The translations under genes were made by a program, and so were the position numbers. A stretch of 14,116 nt of DNA from Selaginella moellendorffii (lineage: Eukaryota; Plantae; Lycopodiophyta), in assembly GCF_000143415.4 (NCBI RefSeq), contig NW_003314543.1, forward strand, positions 1 through 14,116, read 5' to 3'. Positions 1-9,429 of the stretch are shown here, piece after piece. Positions within the stretch are counted from its first letter, which is position 1; each line of letters starts with the position of its first letter. The notes beneath the pieces are model-generated. The model saw only the letters and a program-made list of their open reading frames with translations, searched no databases and was not told the DNA's origin.

Positions 1-491
1 TTTAGGGGGATCCCAAAATTTCCAACTTTTGCTATGCCAATGATCTAAAACTTGGAATAATAATAATAATAATACTCAAGAATCTTTGTATATTTTTCAA
101 AATCTAAACTTTTTCATCTAATATGGGGTCAAAATAAATTAGATTAAAATGGTGTTTAACACCTAGATTAAGAATGAATATCTCAAAATCGAGTGCTTAA
201 CTGCTACATGGAGGAAAACACACCTTAGTCGTTAATGCAAATCAGGCTTTACTGCATACAAGTATCTAGGTATCTGGATAGGTGGTACATGTGTTAACAT
301 AAAGCATCCCACCTAGATCTCTATGATGTTCGGTGTGCCCCAAGTTTTGGTGCAGCTGTAAATCTCTTTTTAACCTTTAACCTTTATACTTTGAAATTAT
401 GGTCTAAAAAAATATTCTCAGAATAACCTTTAATTTTGTGTCATACGAAATAATATATTAAAGAAGATAGCTCACCTTGGTGCAACATGGC

Positions 492-724
492 TGTTAAGCG
501 CCAGCTTTGACTACGTGGTCAATGTCAGTCAAAGGGAGGCTCAAGGGTATATTAAGGCATGTTAGGGTAAGGGACTTAACCTACCCTAGAGCCCACAGTG
601 GAGCGGCGGCGCAGTGGAGCTTTTGAGGTAGCTCGGGGGTGGTTAGGTGGTGACGAACCTCAAGACGTGGCGTAGCATAGTCTAAGGCAACTAGATCTCT
701 ATCTTTTTGCACCGGATCATAACA
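492..724 (+). repeat. 5' LTR of gypsy element
   Basis: TGTTAAGCG...GGATCATAACA. Ungapped match to 5174-5406 with 14 substitutions (11 transitions, 3 transversions). TATA-like TATATTAA at 548-555. Confidence 0.96.
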
Positions 725-725
725 T

Positions 726-736
726 TGGTATCAGAG
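726..736 (+). promoter_or_regulatory. Primer binding site (tRNA-iMet) of gypsy element
   Basis: TGGTATCAGAG one base after the LTR-terminal CA, the canonical plant initiator-Met PBS. Confidence 0.95.
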
Positions 737-748
737 GAGTTGGTTGCA

Positions 749-3700
749 ATGGCCGACCAAGCTGAATGCTAGAATCCTATCGTCGATGGTGGTGCCGACG
801 ATGGTGCCGACGAAGCTGTGGAGATTTGGACCATTCAAGATGTGGTTCATGAGCTACGAGCCCTTAATAAAAATCAGCAAGAGATGCAAGACGAGATGCA
901 TGGCATGATGGATACCATGCGTGGGTGTGTTGAGGCATTCGAGGTTGGACGAGGTAGCGCTCCAAGTAAGCCTTCTTTGGTAGATCAACTCAAGATTCCA
1001 ACTTTTTCTAGTGATGGTGGTGTGGACGAGTGTCTCGCTTGGCTAGCCAATGTGAAGAAGTTCTTGGCTGCTAGAGGAACTCTAGATGCAGAGGCTTTAG
1101 AGGCTATTCTGATGGTTTTACGTGATGCGGGTCTTCGATGGTGGAATTGGCTTGAGGAGTCCTGTGTTGCGGATAAGAAACCACCAGTGTCTGCCATGGA
1201 TGAATTTGAGGCTGCTTTCCATTTATGTTTTTCCCCTCATTAAGATGTGGAGAATGCTCGTACGGAACTTCGACATTTCCAGCAAGGGAAAATGACGCTC
1301 GGGGACTATATTGAGAAGCTTACTCGCTTGATTAGTCGTGTTCCAACGAAGGATCCAGATCAGAACAAGTCCTACTTCATTGATGGCCTACATAGTGAGA
1401 GCATGCGGCAACACTTGTGTCATTTTCAGCCTACAAAGAGTTTGGAGGAGCTCTTTGATGCAGCTCGTCAACTTGACAATGACAAGCATAAGTCTCGCAA
1501 GCGTTCGCGGAGTCCTTCTGTCGAGAATCGTTGTGATGATTGCCGTGGACACAAGGATGGGAACAAGCATCACAAGTTGAAGTCGGTGGTGACTACTTTA
1601 GATGCAAAGGGGTCCAAGAAGCAGAAGTTCTTTGTGAAGAATTATAGACAGGGTTGTCATCATTGCGGTGAACTTAGACACTACAAGGCTGATTGTCTGC
1701 AGTTGAAGAACAAGTAGCAGGACAAAAAGAATGGCCAATCTTCTTCTCACGGTAAGTCAAATACTAAAAAGTTGCAAACTTTGCAGCGTGAGGATGAGGA
1801 GAACAACCATTCCGGTCGGAGGAAGCGACTTTCGATCGTTGCTCGTCAACTCAACTGTATGTGGAACAAGATGGAGCTCAAGGATACGCGTGAATCAACT
1901 TTAATGCTGGAGGGCGTGTTCTGTGGCGATCCAGTGGGGATTTTACTGGATAGTGGGAGTGATGACAACTTTGTTTCAGCAAAGTTTATTGCGGAGTATG
2001 GCCTGGTCACACACGGCGTTCTTCCATACACAGTGGAAGGTGTAGCTACCTCTACTCAACATTTCGATGCTTGTGTCGAGGAGCTGGAAGTGTTGGTTGG
2101 CAAAACCACACTTGTGAAGACTTTTTATCTCGCGGATATCCATCGTGTGGATCTCATCCTTGGGATGCCATGGTTGGTGAAGGTGGATCCAGAGATAAAG
2201 TGGAGTATTAAGCGTATCTCGCTGGAGTATGGTGGCGTTAAAGATGTGTGGTTTGGCGAGGGCGTTCAACCACCAGTTGTTATGCTCTCTGCTACATCTT
2301 TGAAGTGGGCTTGTCGTAATGGAAAAGCACTTTCAAGTTACTTGTTGTTTGTTCGTGACTTGGGGGACCAAGGCACGTGTGGGGGAGAAGTAGCAGTACG
2401 GGATGTACTTGATGAGTTTTCTGATGTTTTTCCATCTGAACTTCCTCATGGATTGCCTCCATTACGAGGTGTGGAGCATGGGATTACATTGGAGCCGGGG
2501 ACGCGGCCAATTTACCGGCGCCCATTTCGGTTAAGTTATGCGGAGGAGCAAGAAGTCAACGACAAGTCAAGGAGTTACTTGAGTTTGAATTCATTCAGCC
2601 AAGTAAGTCTCCATTTGGTGCTCCGGTCTTGCTTGTGAAGAAGAAGGACGGTTCAATGCGAATGTGTATTGACTACCGCGCTTTGAACAAAAAGACAGTG
2701 AAGGATAAGATGCCGATGCCACGTGTGGATGATATCCTAAACAAGCTTGGTGAAGCCCGAGTGTTTACCAAGATTGATCTGAGGAGTGGATATCATCAGA
2801 TTGCAATGGATGATGCATCTATCTCCAAGACGGCATTCAACACAAGCTTTGTACATTTTGAGTTTACAGTTATGCCGTTTGGTTTGACGAATGCACCGGC
2901 CATATTTACTCGGTTGATGACGGAGGTATTTGGGCATTATCTTCATGAGTTTGTGGAGATTTTCTTGGACGATATTCTTGTTTTTAGCAAGAATATGGAG
3001 GAGCATAGGGTGCATTTGCGCAAGGTTCTTTTGTTACTTCGAGACAGCAAACTTTATGCGAAGAAGAGCAAATGTGAATTTGCAAAGTCGGAGGTGGAAT
3101 ATCTAGGCCATATTGTGACATCTAAGGGTGTCAAGACGGATCCAAGGAAGGTGGCTGTGGTGGAAAACTGGCCTACACCGACTACAGTGGCCGAGTTGCG
3201 CAGTTTTCTTGGTATGGCTAGTTACTACCGACGTTTCTAGCATAAGTTTGCAGAGGTGGCTATTCCTTTGACGCGGATGCTACGCAAGAATGTGCCATTC
3301 AAGTGGAAGACGCCACAAGAGGAGAGTTTTGTGGCGCTGAAACGATTGTTGAGCGAGGCTCCAGTGCTTCGCATTGTTGATCCATCGAAACCTTACGAGG
3401 TGACATGCGATGCGAGTGGTTATGCACTGGGAGGAGTTCTCATGCAAGAGGGACAGCCTATTGCATATGAGAGTCGAACTTTGAATTCCGTAGAGCAACG
3501 CTATTCCACATATAAGTAAGAGTTACTCTCTATTGTTCATGCTTTGTGGACGTGGCGGCACTATCTTTATGGTGCAGTGTTTGTAGTGTTAACAGATCAC
3601 AAACCACTTGTGTATCTTTTCACACAGAAGGAGTTGAACACTAGGCGAGCTCGTTGGATGGTCAAACTCATGGAGTTTGGGGAGTTTCCTATTGAGCATC

Positions 3701-5099
3701 ATCTGGGAAAATCAAATGTGGTGGCAGATGCTTTATCTTGTGTTTGTCATGTGACAATGTTACAAACACGATTTTGTCATCATTTGAGTAAGGTGGTCAG
3801 CGAGTTTGGGCAGTTGGTTGAGCATGCTCAGGCTTAGAATGCTGAGGTGGCCTCTTTGCGAGACTAGATGGAAGCTCCTTTCTCATTGGTGGATGGGATT
3901 CTCTACTACAATGGCTGTGTATATTTGCCACGGGTGGATGCGTTAATTACTCAAGTTTTATTCCACTATCATGATTGTCTAGAGGCCAGTCATTTTGGGG
4001 GGAAGAAGATGTATGAGTTGATAAAGCGCAACTTTTATTGAAGGAATATAAAGGCTGATATCCTCAAGTATTGTAAATCATGCAAGCTTTATCAGCGGGT
4101 TAAGGTGCTATGGGAGAAGCTAGGGGGACTTTTGCAACCTTTACCTATTCCTCAAAGCCGTTGGTGTAGTATCTCTATGGACTTCATCACTTGTTTGCCA
4201 CAAACACAAAGGCAAAAAGAGCAAGTATGGGTCATAGTGGATCGGTTGACAAAGTATGTGCGGTTGTTGGCTCTTCGGAAGACTGTCACTGCCTCAGACT
4301 TGGCTGCGTTTACTTGGAGAAGGTTTTTTCTGATTTTGGTTTGCCGGAGGATATCATTAGTGATTGAGATTCAAAGTTCACTAGTGGATTTTGGAAAAGC
4401 TTTGCAAAGGTTATGCAAGTGACTTTGAAACTCTCGAGTGGAGATCATCCTCAGATGGATGGGCAAACCGAGCGTGTGAATCAGGTGGTGGAGGATATGC
4501 TACATTGTAGCATTGGTCAAAGGCAAGGACAATAGGATCTATATCTTCCATTGTTGCAATTTGCTTACAACAATAGCCAACACAGTGGAACCAAACTCAG
4601 TCCTTATTTTGCTATGTTTGGAAGGCATCCTTGAATAGCGGTGGAGTTGGGTTTGCATTTGAGTAAGGATGTTTGAGATAAGCTTGATTCCAAGGTGACT
4701 GATTTGGCCACAAAACTTGATGAGATTTTGGTGGTGTGCAAACAGAATTTGCAAGCAGCTCAGGATAGAGTAGAGAAGTTTGCCAATGAGCATCGCTAAT
4801 TCCGGGAATATAAGGTGGGTGATCCCGTCTTTGTGCGCGTGATCTTTCCGTCAAGTGAGTGGCAGAACACCTTGGTGCCTTTACGGACAGGGAAGAGTGA
4901 TAAGCTTTCCCATCGATATGCTGGTCCATATGAAGTGTTGGAGCACATTGGTAAAGCGGCTTATCAGGTGCGGCTGCCAGCTGGGGTGAAAATTCATCTA
5001 GTATTTTATGTCAGCCAGTTGAAAGGTGTACTATCTCAGAGTGATAGGCCCAATGCCTCCTTGATGTATACGGCTGTGGAAGATGGACCAGGAGCTTGA
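749..5099 (+). pseudogene. gag-pol polyprotein pseudogene (gag with CCHC knuckle, aspartic protease, RT, RNase H, integrase with GPY/F)
   Basis: ATG 749 is in frame with ORFs 818, 1247 and 1772. Motifs: CHHCGELRHYKADC (1655-1696); LLDSGSDDNF (D at 1949); RT KKKDGSMRMCIDYRALN...FLDD (2962-2973); RH CDASGYALGGVL...TDHKPL...NVVADALS; IN SMDFITCLP/IVDRLTK/HPQMDGQTERVNQ; RYAGPYEV. Premature stops at 770, 1241, 1715, 3238, 3517, 3835 and others; 1-bp deletions near 2558 and 4308. Confidence 0.95.
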
Positions 5100-5160
5100 G
5101 TAGGGTTCCCCAGAAAGGGTGATCACCGGTACAACTCGTCCTTGGGACAAGGACTTTGTT

Positions 5161-5172
5161 GGGGGGAAAGAA
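5161..5172 (+). promoter_or_regulatory. Polypurine tract of gypsy element
   Basis: GGGGGGAAAGAA immediately 5' of the 3' LTR. Confidence 0.93.
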
Positions 5173-5173
5173 T

Positions 5174-5406
5174 TGTTAGGCGTCAGCTTTGACTATGTGG
5201 TCAATGTCAGTCAAAGGGAGGCTCAAGGTTATATTAAGGCATGTTAGGGTAAGGGACTTAACCTACCCTAGGGCTCACAGTGGAGCGGCAGCGCAGTGGA
5301 GCTTTTGAGGTAGCTCGGGGGTGGTTGGGTGGTGAGGAACCTCAAGAGGTGGCGTAGCATAGTCTAGGGCGACTAGATCTCTGTCTTTTTGCGCCGGATC
5401 ATAACA
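5174..5406 (+). repeat. 3' LTR of gypsy element
   Basis: TGTTAGGCG...GGATCATAACA, ~94% identical to 492-724. Confidence 0.96.
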
Positions 5407-5412
5407 TTGCAA

Positions 5413-5516
5413 TGTTAGGATCTTATCCCTTACACCCTAAGCCAATTGACTAAAGGGGTGATCACTTGATTGGAGGGCCCTTTCTTTATCCTATTATCCT
5501 GACCTGGTGCCTAACA
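5413..5516 (-). repeat. TRIM 3' LTR
   Basis: Follows the minus-strand PPT; 6 substitutions plus one 3-bp indel versus 5703-5803. Confidence 0.92.
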
Positions 5517-5517
5517 A

Positions 5518-5528
5518 TCCTCCCCCTC
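5518..5528 (-). promoter_or_regulatory. TRIM polypurine tract
   Basis: Reverse complement is GAGGGGGAGGA, followed by T and then the LTR TG. Confidence 0.88.
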
Positions 5529-5689
5529 GTCAGGGAATGATCGTCTGCGATCATACTTAGGCCACCATCCGGTCACCATGGTCCTTCTCTTAGGGTCTAC
5601 CAAACCTTGGTTCTCCCTCTAGATCCACCATGCTAAATATTCCTTTAGAATATTCCTCCCCCACTCGTCAGCCACGAGAATCGAACTGG

Positions 5690-5701
5690 GCTCCGATACC
5701 A
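5690..5701 (-). promoter_or_regulatory. TRIM primer binding site (tRNA-iMet)
   Basis: Reverse complement is TGGTATCGGAGC (one mismatch to TGGTATCAGAGC), one base after the LTR CA. Confidence 0.9.
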
Positions 5702-5702
5702 A

Positions 5703-5803
5703 TGTTAGGATCCTATCCCTTACACCCTAAGCCAACTGGCTAAAGGGGTCATCACTTGATTGGGCCCTTTCTTTATCCTATTATCCTGATCTAGTGCCTA
5801 ACA
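5703..5803 (-). repeat. TRIM 5' LTR
   Basis: Precedes the minus-strand PBS; reads TGTTAGGCACTAG...GGATCCTAACA on the minus strand. Confidence 0.92.
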
Positions 5804-5808
5804 ATAGC
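5804..5808. repeat. Putative right TSD (ATAGC) matching ATGGC at 487-491, flanking gypsy and TRIM jointly
   Basis: 4/5 match, one G>A transition, each copy directly abutting an outer LTR terminus. Confidence 0.7.
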
Positions 5809-6369
5809 TGCCAAGCAATGGTTTCTTCATTCACCCACACTTTCTTGGAATGTTCAAGATATAAGGTGCCTCTAGCAGCCAGATCATCATTGTGTCCTTG
5901 GATGTTATTTATGGAAATAGTGTGGATTTCCACACTAAAGATGTTACAATTGATCAAGTTTGGTCAACACCTCTTAGTCTAGTTATTTTCAACAGTTATA
6001 TCTTCTTTCCATAAAAGCATAGATACCAGTGACAAATTTATTATTATTGAGTTTAATTTTATGGTTGTGGAGAATCTCTAAGAAGAAAAAGATTTCTGTC
6101 TTCATCACTTTTGAAGGTTTAATACCTTCAATCTAGAATTGAGCCCAACAATGGCAAGAGAGTTTATATGGAGTGAACTAATCTAGGTTTGGGTTTGGCT
6201 TAAGATCACTTATCCTTAACCATATCTAAACTTAGATAATGAAAGGATAATCCAAGCACTTAGCCAAAAGCCATAAACATCATAAACACCTATTCCATCG
6301 CTTTGTTAATTTCTGGAAGATTGGTTTGTTGAATGTTATGCTAAACCTTATAAACTTATGATCCAACTT

Positions 6370-6910
6370 ATTACAACACCCAATATAATCCCTTCCATTG
6401 AGTAAGGAGCCCCTTAGATTGGGACTGTAATATTAGGAAAATAGACTAATACTAAGTCATTCACTTCATACTCTACAAATGGACAATGATGGGAGTTGTA
6501 GTGTCATTATTGTCCCACTTATGCATGGCTAAGTGTTTAGTAGACTCTTCTTGGATGAGGGGAATAATGCACATTATATACTAATATCAAGATTTAGCAT
6601 CAGTAGCTCATGATAATCGTGAAGGTAAACTCAACTCTATTGGTAGTATTAGATTATGATCATATAAAAGTTTATATAGTGAAACACCAATAAAACGCTA
6701 TACCCTTGTTATATATGCATACTGAAGAAATAACAAATACTTTGCAATCATCCCTTTAAAATTCTAAACAAGCTGTTCTACCAAGCCATTTGTTTGTGGA
6801 TGATAAACACTTGTGAAAGTGTGGCGTATCCACTACCGTAAAACATTGAATTATTATCTGAGAGAATTCACTCCAGACAAGAATGTTGGAACACCATTTG
6901 ATTGAGGAAG
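6370..6910 (-). pseudogene. Heavily decayed gypsy integrase fragment (older element)
   Basis: Minus-strand translation gives ILSDNNSMF, HTFTSVYHPQTNGLVEQLV*NFK, YAY...GVSLYKLLY.H..ILPIELSLP, EYEVNDLVLVY and LLTQWKG, which fit the IN core and GPY/F region. Confidence 0.8.
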
Positions 6911-6939
6911 AAGTACCTAATAGTACTGAATGAAGGAAT

Positions 6940-7155
6940 GGGCTACTAAATGAAACAATGGAGCCAAACTCCTAAATATGGAGCAGAGGAGTGAAGGAAT
7001 TGAAGTATAGAGCAATTCCCAAACATACAACCCAAGGAGTGAAGGGACAGAAGTACTGAGTGACCTTTGAATAGTCTTAGAACATCTAGCATCCCAATGC
7101 TAGGATCGGCATCCGAAATAAAGCCAAACGGAGTCTGGTGCTATTTTAGCATATT
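6940..7155 (+). repeat. Unclassified repeat 'R', copy 1, 5' part
   Basis: Aligns almost ungapped (roughly 70-75% by eye) to the reverse complement of ~7914-8130. Confidence 0.8.
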
Positions 7156-8222
7156 TGTTGTGAATGTGACTTTAGGTATCAAAAGTTATATATCGGCTAG
7201 TCCTTTCTGATATTCTTTCCTTACTGCCACGACAGCAGGAGGTCGGTATTGCTGGACCCTTTATTAGTTTCCACCTAAGCTAGTTGAGAAACTAATCATC
7301 ACATGTGCACTAAAACTAGAAGGGCACTAAAGAAGGAAATCTTAAGTTGTCATTTGTTAAGCAGACTTGACACCATGATGAGAAACTCATGATGTTAACT
7401 TGCACTTGCTAGTGTTGGGAACCCACGCAATATTGAGCTTGGTCCCTCAATATTCGCTAAATGATAGCTTACCGTGTCTGCCAAACACCCTTGCTATCAT
7501 ACCCTTTGTGTTAGTCTCATTCTAGTCCCAAAAGCTATTTATGGAAAGCATCTAGATTTGCTTATTTGACATATTTACAAAATGTGGAGATTGTCCTGAA
7601 CATAATAGTGTTCATCCCGTGTCCAAATTCACCATTTAGGGACATTCCATATTTAATAAGTTTCAAGCTTGTCTCAAAGACTAACTTTTGATACTAAAGG
7701 GGGTTTGGGGTGAAAGCCCAAAGTATGTGTTCCTTAGGGGAGGCTAAGGGGGTGGTTCCAAATGTATAGTAGGGATAGTTGGTAGGTTGGGCATGGCCAA
7801 CCAACCTGAGGCATAGTTTAGCTCCCACTTGCATGCCTGTCCTTGTTCTGCGTCCAGCTTGAAGCTCCACACCATGCTAGCTAGTGGAGTACCCATATCC
7901 TCGCGTTCGACCACTGGTATGTTGAAATAGCACTAGACTCCATTTGGCTCCATTTTGCGTGCTGGCCCTGACATTTGGATGATGGTTGCTCTAGGATTGT
8001 TCCAAGTCACTCCATGCTCCTATCCCTTCGCTCCTTGGGCTATATACTCGGGAGTTGTTCCATGCCCCAGTGCCATTGCTCCTTGGCTCCATACTTGGGA
8101 GTTTGGCACCATTCCTTCATTCAGTGGCCCAAAAGCGTGGCACATAGTGGTTTAGGTTTCACTTTGTGGTTATCCTATGGTAAATCATTATAGAATAAAG
8201 GGTAAAAACCACATGTGCTATA
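7156..8222 (+). mobile_element. Solo-LTR-like insertion splitting repeat R
   Basis: Starts TG and ends TA (probably decayed CA). Flanked by ATATT/ATACT where the uninterrupted R copy has a single ATACC. The first ~137 bp are ~80% identical to the start of the minus-strand LTR at 9429. Confidence 0.62.
7754..8130 (-). repeat. Unclassified repeat 'R', copy 2 (uninterrupted, inverted)
   Basis: Its reverse complement matches 6940-7155 followed contiguously by 8223-8400. Confidence 0.8.
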
Positions 8223-8400
8223 ATACTGATAGCCTAACACGAGCATATGGGTACTCTACCAGTTAGTATGGTGTGGAACTTAGGCTTAGACCCAAGTTAG
8301 ACACAAAATAAAAACAGGTACACAAATGGGAGCTAAACTATACCTCAAGTGTGTTGGCCATACCTAACCTACCCACTATCTTTACTATACATTTGGAACC
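8223..8400 (+). repeat. Unclassified repeat 'R', copy 1, 3' part
   Basis: Inverted match (roughly 75-85% by eye, one small indel) to 7754-7918, e.g. GGGAGCTAAACTAT and ACTATACATTTGGAACC. Confidence 0.8.
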
Positions 8401-8409
8401 CCTTGTAAG

Positions 8410-9190
8410 AGTTTGAGAAAGGACATCAATATCAGTTATAAAACTCCCTGAGTGATAAATAACCTCAAAATTATATATCTGAAGCTTCAAAGCCTATTAT
8501 GTAGTACAAAAAACCAAGTTCTTCTACTTCAATAATGAAATAACCACAATATGATTACCTTATAGTAATGTTTGAGAATTATGCAAGTATGCATGAAATT
8601 TCTTGAAACAATAAATATTTGCTAAACACTCTTCTATTGTGCCTCTACTAGTTATAATGTACAACTAATATATGCAATGGGGTGGTGCTAACCAAGAATA
8701 CTTAGGCATTCTTGCATTAACACACCTCCAAAATTGATATCAAAAGCATCAATGAGCAAAATGAAATAGGTAGGATATGCTAAATTGAAGGAGTTGTTAA
8801 CAGCTTTTTGAGATTTGTAAAGGCCTACTCACAATTCACAGACTAGATAAAAAATAATGTTAACAACTTTAATACGGTGTAATACAATCAAAAAGATAAT
8901 CAACAAAATGATCAAAATATTACATCTTACTTAACAAGCGTTGCACATCATTCACACACTGTAGAGTAGGGAACTTTAAAACTACCACAAATTTGTTAGG
9001 ATCAACTTTCAAACCTTCATAAAAAATGTAGTACCCAAGAGAAGTTTTATCATTAGACCCAAACACACACTTTGACTACTTCAACTTCAAACCAACTTCT
9101 TGTAGGTGATTCAACACCTTATAAACATCATGGATATGCTCCTACGTCCCCTTTTAGTAGATCAAAACAACATTAATGAAGTTAATAGTT
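8410..9190 (-). pseudogene. Heavily decayed gypsy RT (C-terminal part) and RNase H fragment
   Basis: Minus-strand translation gives FINVVLIY...EHIHDVYKVLNHLQEVGLKLK*SKCVFG...LGY...GLKVDPNK...FPT; CE*AFTNLKKLLTTP; FILLIDAFD..FGGVLMQ...HPIAYISCTL; ALKLQIYNFEVIYHSG...DVLS. Confidence 0.85.
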
Positions 9191-9193
9191 ATT

Positions 9194-9429
9194 TGTAGAG
9201 GGTTCCAAATACCAGGCCGAGTATGCTCAATAAGAAACACATAGGAGTTCCAACTTTATATTTATTTGGCATAAGTATATATATGATAACCAATTTCTCA
9301 ACTAGTTTAGGTGGGGATTGATAAAGGATCTAGCAATACCAACCTTCTATTATCGTGGTAGTAAGGAAAGAATATCCAAAAGGACTAATTGATAGGTAAT
9401 TTTTGATACCCACAGTCACATTCGTGACA
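9194..9429 (-). repeat. 3' LTR (~236 bp) of a further LTR element inserted in the old RT
   Basis: Minus strand reads PPT AAGGGGGGGAGAG (9442-9430), then TGTCACG...GGAACCCTCTACA. The RT relic begins right after the CA. Confidence 0.68.

Larger units (their letters stand above)
492..5406 (+). mobile_element. Full-length degenerate Ty3/gypsy LTR retrotransposon (chromovirus-like RT), 4915 bp
   Basis: Two 233-bp TG...CA direct repeats, PBS right after the left LTR, PPT right before the right LTR, and domain order gag-PR-RT-RH-IN (IN last, the gypsy order). Confidence 0.97.
5413..5803 (-). mobile_element. TRIM (terminal-repeat retrotransposon in miniature), 391 bp, non-autonomous
   Basis: TG...CA direct repeats at 5413-5516 (104 bp) and 5703-5803 (101 bp). 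On the minus strand: PBS TGGTATCGGAGC (5701-5690), PPT GAGGGGGAGGA (5528-5518), and a 186-bp non-coding interior. Confidence 0.93.

Noticed and set aside
481-485. TGCAA here, and TTGCAATG at 744-751, as the source of the TTGCAA spacer
   Set aside because: 481-485 is 6 bp away from the LTR end, so it is not a TSD. The 744-751 route needs extra rearrangements. TTG+CAA from the two cDNA ends explains all six bases directly.
2550-2565. Frame change as a programmed gag-pol frameshift
   Set aside because: It lies after the protease, in conserved RT-proximal sequence (EVKRQVKELL), with no slippery heptamer. A 1-bp deletion explains it.
985-4929. Short antisense and alternate-frame ORFs inside the gypsy element
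   Set aside because: 60-105 aa, no recognisable motifs, and expected by chance opposite a long coding region.
5546-5556. TGCGATCATAC matches the 5' end of plant 5S rRNA, suggesting a Cassandra TRIM
   Set aside because: Only 11 bp and in the interior rather than the LTRs. The LTRs show no 5S A/C-box similarity.
7754-8400. Apparent MITE/MULE with ~150-bp terminal inverted repeats
   Set aside because: No TSD. The right arm is better explained as the continuation of R copy 1 after the ATATT/ATACT-flanked insert, and the left arm's homology continues into 6940-7155.
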